Assembly: GCA_965202585.1 (NCBI GenBank)
Contig: OZ241826.1
Location: 13,330,001 to 13,394,000 of the forward strand
Reading direction: 5' to 3'
DNA length: 64,000 bases
Origin: Thalia democratica
Lineage: Eukaryota
Under the pieces are notes generated by a model. It worked only from the letters and a program-made list of their open reading frames with translations, was not told where the DNA came from and did no database searches. Of the stretch, positions 26,424-40,089 are shown one piece after another (position 1 is the first letter of the stretch; each line of letters starts with the position of its first letter). A program made the translations under genes and the position numbers.

Positions 26424-27573
26424 AGAAAGAAAACATTATTTTTGGGGAGGAAAAAATATAAATTAGAAATGAAAATATAGTTGAAAAATATCAGGCTTCA
26501 TATAAAACTGTAAATGTGGATCTCTGTGTAAAGTTTGGGGTTTTAAATAATCGATAATATAAGTAATCTCTGTTTAAAAATTGAAAAAACATCTCAGTGC
26601 TTAGGTTAATTTATACAGAAGAGAGTTTAAAAACTGTATCAACTAAATTTATTTATTCAACTTAATGCTAGAATGACTAAAATGAACACTAAAATGCTCT
26701 TATTGGTATTTACTTTATTTGAAGAACTATATACAATTTATATATGAAGTGAATTTTCCCTTTTTAAAAAATGTATCAACTAAATGATTTAGAATAAAAT
26801 TGAAATGCATTTTGGGTTTGTGACTTAGAAATTGAATAATGAAGTCACAATTAATTCTCGAATTGTTTTTGTGACGTATGAACTGTATTATGACGTCACA
26901 TTGATTATTAGTGTGCACGAATTATGCACATTTTTCTTAAATTTCAATTTTTGTTGCTTACTTAGACTGCTTTGAGACTTAGATTAATTTTTTGTTTTGA
27001 TTAAATTTACTTTTGTTTTGTTTGAAATTTACAAAGGTCATAAAATTTATCGTTTTTTTGAATCATTTTATTTGAATTTATTTAAATTATTTTTGTTGCC
27101 TACATGAGAGCTAGATATGTTCAAATAAATTTGTAGCAAGTTGTGATAAATTTATTTATTAAAATAATTATTTATTAAAATAATATATGTAGAATACTTT
27201 TTACAGAACTGTTGTTAGTAGAAATGTTTTTTTTAAATTGCTTTATTTTCCAGCGGTCCAAAATACTTTCTGAACTTATTTATTTGTGTCTTTTATCCGT
27301 AATAAAATATTTGCAATGCACAGTTTTTGATTATTTTGCAATTTAAAATAAAAAAAATTAATTAATTACACATTTGTTTTAACAATTAAGAACTACATTT
27401 ATAATTTGTTTTAACTTTTGTTACCTTTTTTATAATGTTGTCATTCTGAAACTATTTTGGTCTTAATTTAAAGTTTATTTTAAATTTACAAGATTAAAAA
27501 AAAAAGTTTTTATTTTTTAGTTCATTTAGACTTTTTGAGTAAATATTTAACAAAGTTAGCTAAAAACGTTATC

Positions 27574-27910
27574 TAGGGTTGCCAAACAACCTGGAACACT
27601 GGAACAAGCTAAAAATAACCTAGAACTTGACAATTAAGCAATAAAACTTGGAAAGTTAGACAAACTTTTACATCTCATGTATTAAATTTAGATAGAAACG
27701 AACAGTTTATCATAGACAATATTTTTAGTTGTATTTATAATTTTATTAACCATAAAACACATTTTAAGTAGCATTACAGTACCTTTTCAAAATTTTACTT
27801 AAATTAATTTAATACTATAAATGGACAAAAAAAAATTGTACTTTCAAGAAACCTAAGAAATTTATAGGACCTAGGAAATTTAGAAAAATGTTTTTGACAT
27901 CGCTGTTTAT
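27574..27910. mobile_element. AGGGTTGCCA-type MITE (right end decayed)
   Basis: TAGGGTTGCCA followed by cctggaa...cctagaacttgacaattaagc, homologous to the 14091 and 21635 copies. Confidence 0.5.
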
Positions 27911-29275
27911 ATAAAGAATTAATTTATGACAACAAGAAAGTAAGTTATCAATATTTTTAAAGTACATAAGGTTTTTATCAACCTACTAATAAACATGTTT
28001 ATACCAAACTTTAAACATGTACTTTACTTAAATACTACTAATTGTATATAAAAATCAAGTTTCTTCTTTATATAGTACTAAATGTCAAGTTTAAAAGTAT
28101 AATATTATATGTTTATTCATAAAAATTTCAACTTTTTGTAATTAATAAAAGACTAATTTTGTTTATCATTAAAACTTTGAATACTAATTTGTGATTTCTA
28201 AAAAAATATGAAGCTGTAGGTAATTACTGTTTTTACTTTTATATCAGACCAAAGATATTATTTCAAAAGTTCCGATGAAATAAAAAAAAAAAACCGAATT
28301 TTTTCAAAAACTAATGCTTAAGCTTAGCTAAACAACTGAAATTAAACTACTACTAAGAATACCCTAAATAGAAATTACCTCATATACTCTCTCTTCATTT
28401 ACTAATATGAAATTAAGTGTAAAAGCAAAAACTCAAATCTGATGTAAAACTTTCTATGGCTACTAGTTCCATGGAAAACAAACAAATAAACTTATTTTAG
28501 GCGGACTTTTAACAACAGTAAAGGTTAGGCAAAATAAAATATTTTCAATTAAGTGAACTCTTTTTATATAATAAAATGTTTACATATAAAATTTCAAACA
28601 TTTTTAGCTTTTAACTAAAAAAATATCAATTAGAAAACCCTCTCTAAAGTTTTTTTATAGCAGTTTAATACGTATTTCTCTACTTTTCATTAGAAAAATT
28701 TAATGTTTTGTTCTACTGTAAGTTTCTGATGAAAAGAAAAGACAAATTAAATAAAATGAAATGCAAATTAAACTGCCACAAAAAAATTTAGAGAGTGTTT
28801 TATACTTTTTATGTGTATAAAAAATGTGTAAACTTTATTATAGCTGAAAAATATTATTGTCTTTTTTACAGTTTTTACATAACAAACATCTAATTGAAAA
28901 GGTCATGAATTTTTTTAAACTGTTTTTGTTTAACTTTAATAACTATTTCTTAATAAATTAAAGCAATAAATAATGTTTATTATGTTTGTTTGCAGTAAAA
29001 ACTATACTTCAGATATCTTCAAAAGCATTGTGTATTCTAAAATAAAAAAAAAACGTGTAACCATATAAGAAAAAAAAATCATAAAAGCATTAAAGTAAAG
29101 AAGTTCTTAAAACAACCTTAATTACGCTGTTTCTAGTTTTATAAAATAATTACTATAACCATCTATAACACTTGTATTTTCTTAAGAACATATACGCCTT
29201 AAGGTTTTGAAGACAGTAAATAACTTTAATTGTTATTGCATCGGCCATACATTTAAAGAAAACTTGGTTTTAAAG

Positions 29276-29487
29276 CAGGGGTCGGCAGGTCAAAACGGAA
29301 CATTTTTTTATGTGCTTTAAAAAACATAATTAAAAACAATTTTTCTGAACATAAAAATTTATGCAATAGAATATCTTTTAAATATAAAACGAAAATTTTA
29401 TTTTTGTGTTTTCGAAAACATTAGTATATTTAACTAGTTGAATAAAAATTTTAATGTGGCCCGCGAGCCGCAGTTTGCCGACCCCTG
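29276..29487. mobile_element. hAT MITE (CAGGGGTCGGCA TIR)
   Basis: TIRs CAGGGGTCGGCA / TGCCGACCCCTG and perfect 8-bp TSD TTTTAAAG. Confidence 0.9.
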
Positions 29488-29907
29488 TTTTAAAGTATAC
29501 ACTTAAATCTTAACAAACTGGGAATACCTTGCAAAAACAACACGCTTTAAAAAATATCAATATAGCTCACACTTATTTTGATAAAAAGGTGTTCAAGTGA
29601 TAGATGAGTTTATTCTCTAGTTTTAATAACCTCATCAATATAAATTTTTGCTGTTGTTTTTTAGAATATTAATCTACAGATGTTTGGCTGCATGAAAAGA
29701 AACACCAAGTTTTTTTTTTTGCTTAAAGCAATTTCAATGTTAGAGCTGCAGAAAGTTTAAAGTCAAATAAAAATTACTGTAGTAATCTTACATACAGTTA
29801 AGAAAAAAAGCTGTATATTGTTCAAAACTGACCATTTTAGCTAGAGAAAGCTTACTTTATAATCAAAAAATTATTTTGACAAAGAGTTAATTTATGAAGC
29901 TTATAAA

Positions 29908-30190
29908 CAAAGGTTGGCAAACTGCAGACCAAATGCGGTCCGCGAAGTACTATTCAGCTCAAAATGTACTATTTAAAAGCAATAATAACAAAAGCTTATC
30001 TAGTAGAATGGTCTTAGCTAAAGTTATTCAATAGCTACTTCTCACTAGTGTTCTAGTATTGCTTATTTTATTACATTTTGTTTTAAAGCAATAATTATTA
30101 TTACTACAAGCAACTTGGAACAAGTGCGGCCTGCGAGTACGTTTTTTCATTGAAATTTGCTTGCGACTCACTAAAGACTGCCGATCCCTG
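29908..30190. mobile_element. Decayed hAT MITE of the same family
   Basis: caaaggttggcaaactgc ... actgccgatccctg termini and gcggcc-rich subterminal motifs; TSD not clear. Confidence 0.55.
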
Positions 30191-30424
30191 ATCTAAAGCA
30201 ATATATAAACTAAAATTGATGATATTTAAAGTTAAATAAGGGCCCCTTCAGAAAAGGTAAATTAAAAAACGATTTAAGTAATTTTAAATGAAACCTGTAT
30301 CTAAATATGATGTCATGACCCAGCAATACAAGTATAAACATTTAAATCAGTTTTACTAGTCCAAATAATCTATACAAACAAATTAAGATATTAGCTCTTC
30401 AAATGCATGCATCATTCAACAACT

Positions 30425-31300
30425 TTAGCAGGATTTCTTTGCCAACATGGCAACTGCTTTTCTGTTTCCTACAAACACACCATTCAGTATTCTGACACAA
30501 CTCCTAGCTGCTTCTGATACTTCAAAAGAAATCAACCCTTCTAAACCGTCAGCAGAAGATTTCAAGTTAGTATTTATAACATTTCCAAAACCTTGGAAGC
30601 TTTGTCTGACTTTGGTTTTTGACAATTTATGAGGCAAACGTACATAAACAGTGTTTGTTGTTTTTCTTTCATTAATCTCACACTTTGGTTTCAGAGCAAG
30701 TGTTTTCTTGTGTCTCTGGTTTTCAACTTGCCTAAAACTAGTGAATTTTGCAGAATTTTTTATAGGAATACTAGTTGTATTAAAAAATTCTGCCCTTAAG
30801 CTCTTAAAGTCTTCAGGGTCCAAACATCTTTCGAGAAACTTTTCATCCAAAGTTTTAAAAGATTCAGCATCTAAAAGTTTATCAATCACATCTTTAGAGC
30901 TTTTAATTTTATTGCGTGCTTTTTCATCAGATAAGGATAAATAATTAAAACTATCATTATTTCTCCTGACGTTAGCATGTTTTATAGTGTTTCTAATATC
31001 ATTTTGCTAAGGAATCCGAGCTTCCAAACAGCTAGAAACTAGTGAAGTTTCTTTCATGTTTTCAATAACACATAACCAATCTACTATTCTTTCTTCAGTA
31101 GAAAAAAACGGATGACTCAACAAAGAACCTTGAGAGTTAGAGCTCCAAGATTTATCCGAGCATCCTGAAGAATATAAAGAACTCATTGAAGTGGAACGAG
31201 AGTCCGAGTCGGTAGTGGTTGTTGAAATTTCTTCTTCGCTGTTTTTCGTTTTCTTCAAAACTTTGAAGAATTTTAAGATCTTTTGTTTTTCTGATGACAT
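30425..31300 (-). pseudogene. Intronless Ser-rich/DWL/RRM-like family member interrupted by a single in-frame TAG (31009-31007)
   Basis: ORFs 31007-31300 and 30425-30889 are in one frame; total 876 nt, equal to paralogue 59877-60752; the TAG aligns with Trp (TGG) in paralogues. Confidence 0.8.
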
Positions 31301-33573
31301 AATCGTTATTAAATTGATCTGATTTTTTTTAAACTATTTCCCAACTTATAAATAAAATTATTACCCAAAAACATGTTCTTTTATTTAGAATATATGGAAG
31401 TTTATCTATAAATAAAAAGAACTTTTCTATGTTATTTTTATTTCTACAAGTTTAAGTGAAAGAATCTTAGAAAATTGAAAATATTAAAAACACTTTAACT
31501 GCTGAGTCGTAGAAACTAAATAATGATCAAACCAATTATGAACACCTAAAATTAAATCACATATTTATATACTATAAACAATAAATTAGCTGACATTTTA
31601 TACAACTTATTACAATGTCGTTAATTATCTTAAATTATCACATAGTTTAATTAGTTTAAACACTTTTTATTTATAATTTGTTAAAAGCTACAACAGTTCT
31701 ACGTCGCTTTTAAGCTTTAGGTCCTACAATTTTCTTTTGATTTTTAAAAAATGTTAAGCTTCATATTCTTTAAATATCTTTGTTTCACTTCTTTTATGTT
31801 TAAAAAATATTTTTATACTTGAATAACTTTTTAAACACTTAACATACTATTTATATTTTGATAACTGCTCAATGTGTAACAACTTTATCCATATTTGTGC
31901 AAATAAATTTTATATATTTATATTTATTAGACATACATGCAACTATTACTGTTAAAAAATAGGAATTTATTGCTTTCAAAAATATATAAACACACTCTTC
32001 AGTATAATTAAGTGTGCAATTTTTAGCTATCTATTTTTATTTTTATAAAGAAATTAGACTTGCTTACATATAATAATTATACTTGCTTTATTTTATACTT
32101 TAAAAACTAAAAAAACAAACATTTAAATTTGTTATCATAATCCTTTTTCAAACTTTGGTATAAATTAAAACATTTTTTTGATTACACAATTTTAAATACT
32201 TTAAACAACATCTTAGGCTACTTAGTAACTTATAATTATTTGCAAAAGTAACATGCCATATAAAAAGAAAACTAGATTTGTGATTCTCAAAGTTTAGCTA
32301 ACAATTTTGATTATGAATTAGAGTTTAGTTTTAAATACTATGAAGTTAAGCTTGCTAATCTAACTATAAAGTTGTTTGAAACCTGTGTTGTTAAACTGTT
32401 TAAGTGATTTTCATTAATTTCCTAAAATAATTTGAGAGGAAAAGCTATTTTAATTAAAACTATTTATGCATTAAAACTACTTATTTCAAAATTTAGTAGT
32501 CATAGATTCTAATACTTTGTAATGACTTTTGTTTTAAAGTCTATAGTTTAAAATGCAAAACAGTGTAAAAAAGTACATACAAGCCTTAAAATTTAACAAA
32601 ATCCATTTAGCTACCTTTTAGTATCAAAACAAATACTTGTAGGTAAATCAAAAAGTCTTACTTTTTAAACATTTAACTTTTCTGTTTTTCAATGTAACAA
32701 AACTTCTAAGTATTATACAAGAAAGCAAGCGAATTTATTTTTACTTAATAAAATTCAAAGTATTATTCCGATTACAAAACATTATACAATTGTTGTTTAA
32801 TTATTTGCACTAATTTATACACTTTAAACTAATCAAAACTTAATTAAATAGTTTTATATTATTTTGTAAAAATAAACTTACTTATTTTACAATATAGAGA
32901 AAAAGTTTTAGCTCAGTATTATATTACATAAAATTAAAAATTACTTAAAAAAAAAGTTTTTGATGTATGCTATAGATCCTTTTCATTGTTTGCAATCCTT
33001 TATTATTATAGTAATCTGTCTGTATACGAAGACTAAAAATTATTCTAATAACCAATAATAGTAGGTTAAAAACATGAATACTACTACAATGTTTTATATA
33101 AAAATAACTAATTTTTCATTTGTCAATTATAACATAAGCTCGTTTTAATTTAAGAATAAAAATATTTAACTTTTTAAATCTAAAAGATATGTTTCAACTT
33201 TAAAACTTTTAGTTTTTTTAAATCAAAAAACATTATAAAGAAATGCAGAAACTCATAAATAATTGATCATTAGTTAACCAAAGTTTAAACTATATCAACA
33301 TCAGTTAAATTTGTTTACGGAATTGAAAAGTAAACATCTAAATAGTTAAACAATTTAAAAGATAAATATCTTCATATATTAAAAGCCATGTACTACATGT
33401 CAAAACTGATGTTAAAAAGATGTAAGCTTCTTAACTGAAAATTATTGTTTAATAAGCTTTAATGAAGAATAGAAATTGCACACTAAAATAAAATTTTAAT
33501 ACTAGTAATCTAAAACAGAAAAACAAGCAAGCTGTGAACCTAAAAGTTTGAATAATAAACGCATTGTTTAGAA

Positions 33574-33912
33574 CAGGGGTCGGCAGCCTTATCTAACTTG
33601 CGGGCCAATTTTCCTAAGAAAAAACTGCTCGCGGGCCGCACTATTTAAAATAATTGAGGGCCGCATTTATTTCAGAAAAAATTCTTGTAATCAGTATAAA
33701 TATATTATTAAAAACAAAAATATGATAAAGTAAGCAATATTAGAGCACTAATAAGGAGTTTTTTGATTTAAGAGCCTAACTGTAAGTTTTTATTACAAAT
33801 CTTTTTTTTTGTTTTTAAAGTATATATTTTGGGCAGAAAAGGAGCTCGCGGGTCGCAGATTTTGACTTTAAGGGCCGCATTTGGCCCGCGGGCCGCAGTT
33901 TGCCGACCCCTG
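33574..33912. mobile_element. hAT MITE (CAGGGGTCGGCA TIR)
   Basis: TIRs CAGGGGTCGGCA / TGCCGACCCCTG, TSD GTTTAGAA / ATTTAGAA, multiple GCGGGCCGCA subterminal motifs. Confidence 0.9.
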
Positions 33913-34980
33913 ATTTAGAATAAAATCAAACATGTTGTTAGAGTTTATTTTGTATCAAACGTCAATACCTAATTTATTTCCTTGCCAACGATTAATAATT
34001 CAATTTTACAACAATTTATTTCACCCAAAATCGTAACTTTTCAAAAAACTTTAAAGAGGTGTTAAACTATTCGAGGTTTATTTTAAACTACAAACAAGTC
34101 TGAGTGTTTAGTAGCATTTGCTTAGATAAAATTCACTCATTAAAGTGTTAATACAGTTTATTAACATTAAAAAAAATATATACTGTAAAAACATTAGAAA
34201 AAAGTATACTTTAAGTCAGCTTTAAATTACAAATAAAAATTTTGAATAAAAACATACAAAACTTTAAAAATCCACTGAACAAATAGTGAGATATCAGTAC
34301 TTATCTTTTATTAATCATTATGGCGAAGTTCATTGCTATAACTTCTAGAAATAAGTTTATATGTTTTTATGTATTATTAACCACATTCTAGTGGTTTTCA
34401 AATATTTACATTCGGACATTATAAAATGAACTATAATAACAACTTAAAATTTGAAAGAGAAATTTTAATGAATACTTGTTACAAAAACTTCATAAGTCAA
34501 GGAGAGTTTAAGTTTTATCTTATCAAATTCTTTCTTTAAAGCTGTGCCATTTATTTATGTAAGTAGGCTTTATGAAAGCAAAAAATAATTTATTTTATAA
34601 AACAGTAAGATATTTTGTTTTATTAAATACATTTATTTTCATACATATCAAGTTCACAATAATTAGTAAAAAATAATTGGTACTTAAAAAGCATAAGTTT
34701 GTGCACGTACAAGTAATTCTAATAAAGTTTTTAGTTTTTTTAAATGGTTAAATTTTGAAATAGATAAGTACTTTTTAAAACACCAAGTTCCAATTTAATT
34801 CATATAATAAAATTAATGTAATTATATTACTAAGAATAAGATCTTTTTATAGCTAACTACAATAGTCGTAAACTCGTAAGTTAGGAGTTAAAAAAAATTG
34901 CGCAACTTTGACAAAGATATCACGCAATGCAGTTTCACATGTATGTATATAAATTATCAATAAAGCTCTTATTACTGTGT

Positions 34981-35111
34981 AGCAGGATGGTTCGCAGCAC
35001 TACTATGCTGCCTGCCACTCACGCAGAACGAGCACTCGTGGGTTCGAATTCCATGAGCGCCCTCCAAATAAGGAATGTGATAATAAACAACAGGCGACGC
35101 TCGTTCATTTT
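34981..35111 (+). ncRNA. Pol III-like tRNA-derived or vault-like structured RNA candidate
   Basis: TATATAAA at 34946-34953; B-box GGTTCGAATTCC as a UUCGAAU T-loop on an 8-bp stem (35035-35057); 8-bp helix 35026-33/35099-106; T4 at 35108-11; no cloverleaf acceptor stem. Confidence 0.5.
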
Positions 35112-35873
35112 GTTGATAATTTAAAAATGTTGTGGTGTTGTAGATTTTGTGTTTCAAATGACAAGTAATGAACCCGGAAACGTAGACACTAACAATTAGA
35201 ATTCGTTTTGCGAAACCACTTTACACTATGTTTGAAAAATATGTACTCAACAAAATATATTATTTATTTGTTAGTATCATAAATAAAATATTTGAGTTTT
35301 TAATATTTAACTTGTAACACTTTGAGCAGTTATCAACATTTTAAGAGTGTATTAATTTTTGAAAAGGTCAAGTTATGCTATTCAAGGATATAAAACATTT
35401 TTTAAACATAAAAAAAATTAAACTAAAACATAAAAAGTTAATAAAGCTTAACATAAAAAAAAAAAGTCGTAGGAATTAAAGACTAAAAGTAACAGAGAAC
35501 TATTTTAGCAAATAAGAAATTAAAAATAAGAAGTGTTTAAACCACTTAAACTACGTGACTAACTAAGATACTGTGATAAGTTATATAAAACTTCAGTTGA
35601 TTTATTGCTTGTAATATGTAAGTTTGTGATTTAGTTTTAGTTTTTTATCATTGAATTGATCATTTTCTGTTTCTATTATTTAGCATTTCAAATGTTTATA
35701 GCATACCTAACATTTTTTCAATTAAACTTGCAGAAATATAAATTGCATAGAATAGTTCTTGTTTTTATAGAAAAATTTCTGTATATATAAAAAGCAAAAG
35801 AAAAAATTTTTAGGTAAAAACTTTATCTATACGTTGGTAAATAATATTTTTTTTGAATTATTAAATAATCATT

Positions 35874-36770
35874 ATGTCATCAGAAAAAGTAAATATTTTA
35901 GAATTCATCAAAATTTTGAAGAAAACGAAAAACAACAAAGAAGAAAATTCAACAACCACTACCGACTCGGACTCTTGTTCCACTTCAATGAGTTCGTTGT
36001 ATTCTTCAGGATGCTCGGATGATTCTTGGAGCTCCAACTCTCAGAGTTCTTTGCCGAGTCATCTGTTTTTATTTACCTAAGAAAGAACTAGAATAGAAGA
36101 TTGGTAGCGTATTATTGAAGGTAAGAAAAAAACTCTATACCAGATTCTAGCTGTTCTTAATCCCGAATTCCTTGGCAAAATGATATAAGATACACTAAAA
36201 TCTGTGCTAACGTCAGGAGAAATAAAGATAGTTTTAATTATTCATTTTTATCTAACGACAAAGCGCGTAATAAATTTGAAAGGTTTAGCTGCAAAGACGC
36301 GATTGATAAATTTTTAGATGCTGAATCTTTTAAAACTTATGATGAAAAGTTTCTTGAAAAATGTTTGGACCTCGAAGACTTTGAAAGCTTAGGAGCTAAA
36401 ATTTTTGATACAATCAATAATCTTATAAATTTTTTTTCAAAATCTACTATTCTTAAGCAAGTTGAAAATCAGAGACACAAGTAAACACTTGCAGTTAAAT
36501 CAATGTGTGAGATTAACAAAAGAAAAACAACAAACACTGTATATGTACGTTTACCTCTTAAATTGTCAAAAGCTCAAGTCAAAGAAAGCTTCCAAGGTTT
36601 TTGGAAATGTAATAAATACAAACTTAAAATCTTCTGCTGACGGTTTAGAATGGTTGATTTCTTATGAAGATTCAGAAACAGCTAGGAGTTGTGTCAGAAT
36701 ACTGAATGGTGCGCCTGTAGGAAACAGGAAAGCTGTTGTCATTTTGGCAAAGAAATCCTGCTTAAGGTGA
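35874..36770 (+). pseudogene. Decayed paralogue of the Ser-rich/DWL/RRM-like family
   Basis: N-terminal (35874-36080) and RRM (36462-36770) pieces match the 31 kb and 60 kb copies but are separated by several stops and frameshifts. Confidence 0.85.
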
Positions 36771-38067
36771 TGACTGTACAACTTATCAATGATGCATTAA
36801 ATATCTGCACTTACAAAACTATTTTACAATTGTACTTTTGGACTAGTGATAATTGTTGTAAGTGTTGCTCATAACTTTTTTTTTAAATACATGTTTCATT
36901 CGCTTTATAAAGCTTGAAATAATCAAACTGTTTTTTAATCTACAATATAAAGAAATATATGGAGACATAAATATACTTTAGTTATCGAGTTTTGAAGGAT
37001 AAATAAAGACGCTTAAAATATTTAGTCCTAGGACCTGATGCACGAAGAACATTTCGGTTATCGAGTTGCACACTACTTGGATACCTTTTAACTAGGACCA
37101 TAGAAAATCTTGATGACTATGATGTGTTTGATTTTAATCACAAGTATTTTCTTTTTAAAATCTCATGCATATTTCGAAACATATTATATAATTCTAAAAC
37201 AGTTCATCCAATAAACTGAAATATTTAAAAGCTATTTTAATTTGATAACAGTTTTTGGTTACAATAAAAATATATTAACTTATCTGATATAAGGCAGCAA
37301 ACTTTGCAAAAATGCTTTTTAGGTATTAAAAAATAATATTCGCTTATCCATTATTGTTAAACAAATTGGATTTAGTTGAAACTGTTATAAACTTTTAACA
37401 TGTTTATTGTTGACTCAGTAGTTCTTTGTTCTTCTGTTTTTAATTTTTAAGAAACTTATTTGTAGCTTTTATACCGACGTGAAAAATTTAGTTTTTTGTG
37501 CTTTCGCTGTATATATATTTCGCTGTATATTTTGTCTTAATTACACTTGTAGTACTTTTAAAACTAAAACAGTTTAGTATTTCAATTCATTAAAAGCATG
37601 CAAAATAACTAGTTGGTAACCAGCAATCCTTTTTCTTAACTACATATCAAAATTTATAAATTAAGCTTCAAAAAAATTTAGAAACATATTTACAACACCT
37701 CAGATATAAAATAAATGTCTTGTGAATAAACAAGAACAAATTGAGAAACTAAATTGTCTATAAAACGATTATATTAATGATTACAAATAAGTGAAAAAAA
37801 ATTATTAGATCATTATAGGCTGAATATGTAGGAGTCCGGTGCTAGCGGGTCAAATTTTATTTTTAGTTACTTTATGCCAAAGTTGTAGGGCCCGTTTAAA
37901 TGGTTCATTATTTTAAAAGTAGAAAACTCAACATTTACTTATTAACTTGAGCCCAAGCAACTAAAACACAGATTAACAAACTTATTAAAAAAAAAATTAA
38001 CTATTTCATTAGCTTTAAAAGCCAGCAGTTTGAGATACATTAAGAGAACACAAAAATTGAAACTAGA

Positions 38068-40089
38068 CTATTTCAATAAGTTGAAGTTTTTAAGAGTTGG
38101 CAGAAACTCAGCTGCATTGGTTAAACTGATCTTCTTTTCCAAACTTTTAGAGATAATACCTGCAGCACCTTTATTCAGGAGCTCTGATAATGAAATGAAA
38201 GTTACGTCTTCGCATCTTTCTCTGCCTGTATTCATTGATATATTTAATTCAATTATTTTAATTTTAATTTATGATTAAATTTTAATGAGTTTCGGTAAGA
38301 AGGGTTAGGAATGAGGTTATAAAATAGAAAAAAAATCAAAAACTAGCTTTAGTAAAAACTGCTGACTCTGCCTTTTTTTAAGTTCAGACTCATCTTCTGT
38401 ATACTATCAGTTGCGAAAAATTAATTTAACAAAAAATTTATGGAAGGATTAATTGGAAAAACTAACTTTATGCTCGAATTATAGTATTGCTGATTACAAA
38501 GGCAACCGTGGTATTTATTTGATATCGATATTCACAAACAAATTAAATTATTTTTATTGTAGGCAAATCAAAGGAATTTGAGTATTCTAGTTTAAACATA
38601 ACTTATTGAACTTTAGTTGTACATAACAATTGTCGTTAACCTTAAAAATACTCATTAACAATTTTTAAATTTACTGCCTAATGTAACTCATACTTTTAAC
38701 TTAATTAAAATGCTTTTTATTGCAAAAAAAATATTGTAACTGAAACTTTAATATTTTTTAACTATTATTATTGTTTTTAACGATAGCTTTTATATAAGAA
38801 AAAATAGTGTTTATTAAACACTTTAGGACCGATTTAAACTAAATCATAATTACTACAAATAAAAACACATTTTAGTCCTATAGGTACTATATAGTAGTAT
38901 TTAGATATATTTGTGACTTGTAACGGGGCCAAAGGGTACCATAATTCATAACTTTTACTATATTATCTAAAGTTTATGATGAATAGCAAATAAAAAAAAT
39001 TCATAGGCATACTTAAACATAGTTATTTTGATGTACAATTGAGGGACCACTGCATTTTCAATAACTTCAAAGGGGCCTTACCAAAAACAATTTTGATTTG
39101 CTCTTGATAGGTAGGGTAAATAAAAATAACTCACATTCTTGATTGTTAATCTCAGAATTTATCTCGTTCGCTATACCATCCTTGCAAAACTTGACATAAC
39201 CATGTTCATGTTCATTAGTGGATAATGTTTCATATTTTTCTTCCTTTTCTCTACAGGATTCGCAATCTGGCCCTTCTAAAGCTCTTTTTATTGCTTTATA
39301 TAAACTTTCTGTAAGATTTTATTTAAACTTAAATGTTAAAAACCAATTCAGTTTTATTTTATTAAGACTTCTTTTAGTGATGTGTATAGTTTTTTATATT
39401 TAAAAAAAAAATTGAAAAATATTTCAACTTTTATAAATATGTTTATATTAAAACAATATGTTATAAAAAAATCAAGTGTGAGTATAAATCAAACACTGAA
39501 ACTTGTTTTTTATGAGTTGGAAAAGTAAGTGACAATAAAAAAATATTTTACTATTACAACTTAATAAAAGCAAGAAAACTAAAGTATTAACTTACAAAAT
39601 TTTAATTATAATGTGGACCATCTGGCTAGACTATAGAATAAATTAATTTCTCTTTATTTTGTTGCTTTACAATTACATGTTAAAAATTTGTTAACTTATA
39701 TATTCTTTAACTAAATATATTATAAATAGAATACCAACTAGTATTTACTCATATATTTAAATTGTCTCAAAAATTTGTATTAACAACTTTAAACTAACTA
39801 CTTTATAATTTACACTAATACTTCTTAACTGTATTACTTTATTGTATAACTAAAATTAGTGCTTCAAAATCTTATTGTATGAACTATTTATTATTACTAC
39901 AATTGAGTCTTCATTCTGTTCTATATTAAATTTTGATTTACTTAAACTAAATAACTATTGATAGCATTTTAGTAATAAGCTAATACTTTACTCAGTAGAT
40001 TTTTCTGAATAAGTTCTATAAAAATCTACCTTGTTGAAGTTGGTCTATTCCCAATAAAAAATACTTAGACCTTTTGACATCAGCAAAAA
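38068..40089 (-). CDS. Putative spliced minus-strand gene fragment, unknown product
   Basis: Exon-like segments 40089-40030, 39308-39135 and 38225-38068 with AG/GT borders (one GTGAGT donor) and phase-1 joins: FADVKRSKYFLLGIDQLQQESLYKAIKRALEGPDCESCREK...NFNLLK*; no recognisable domain. Confidence 0.4.

Noticed and set aside
34981-35066. Functional tRNA-Gly or tRNA-Sec
   Set aside because: The acceptor and D stems do not pair, the A-box is degenerate and the anticodon loop is enlarged; it is kept only as a tRNA-derived ncRNA candidate.
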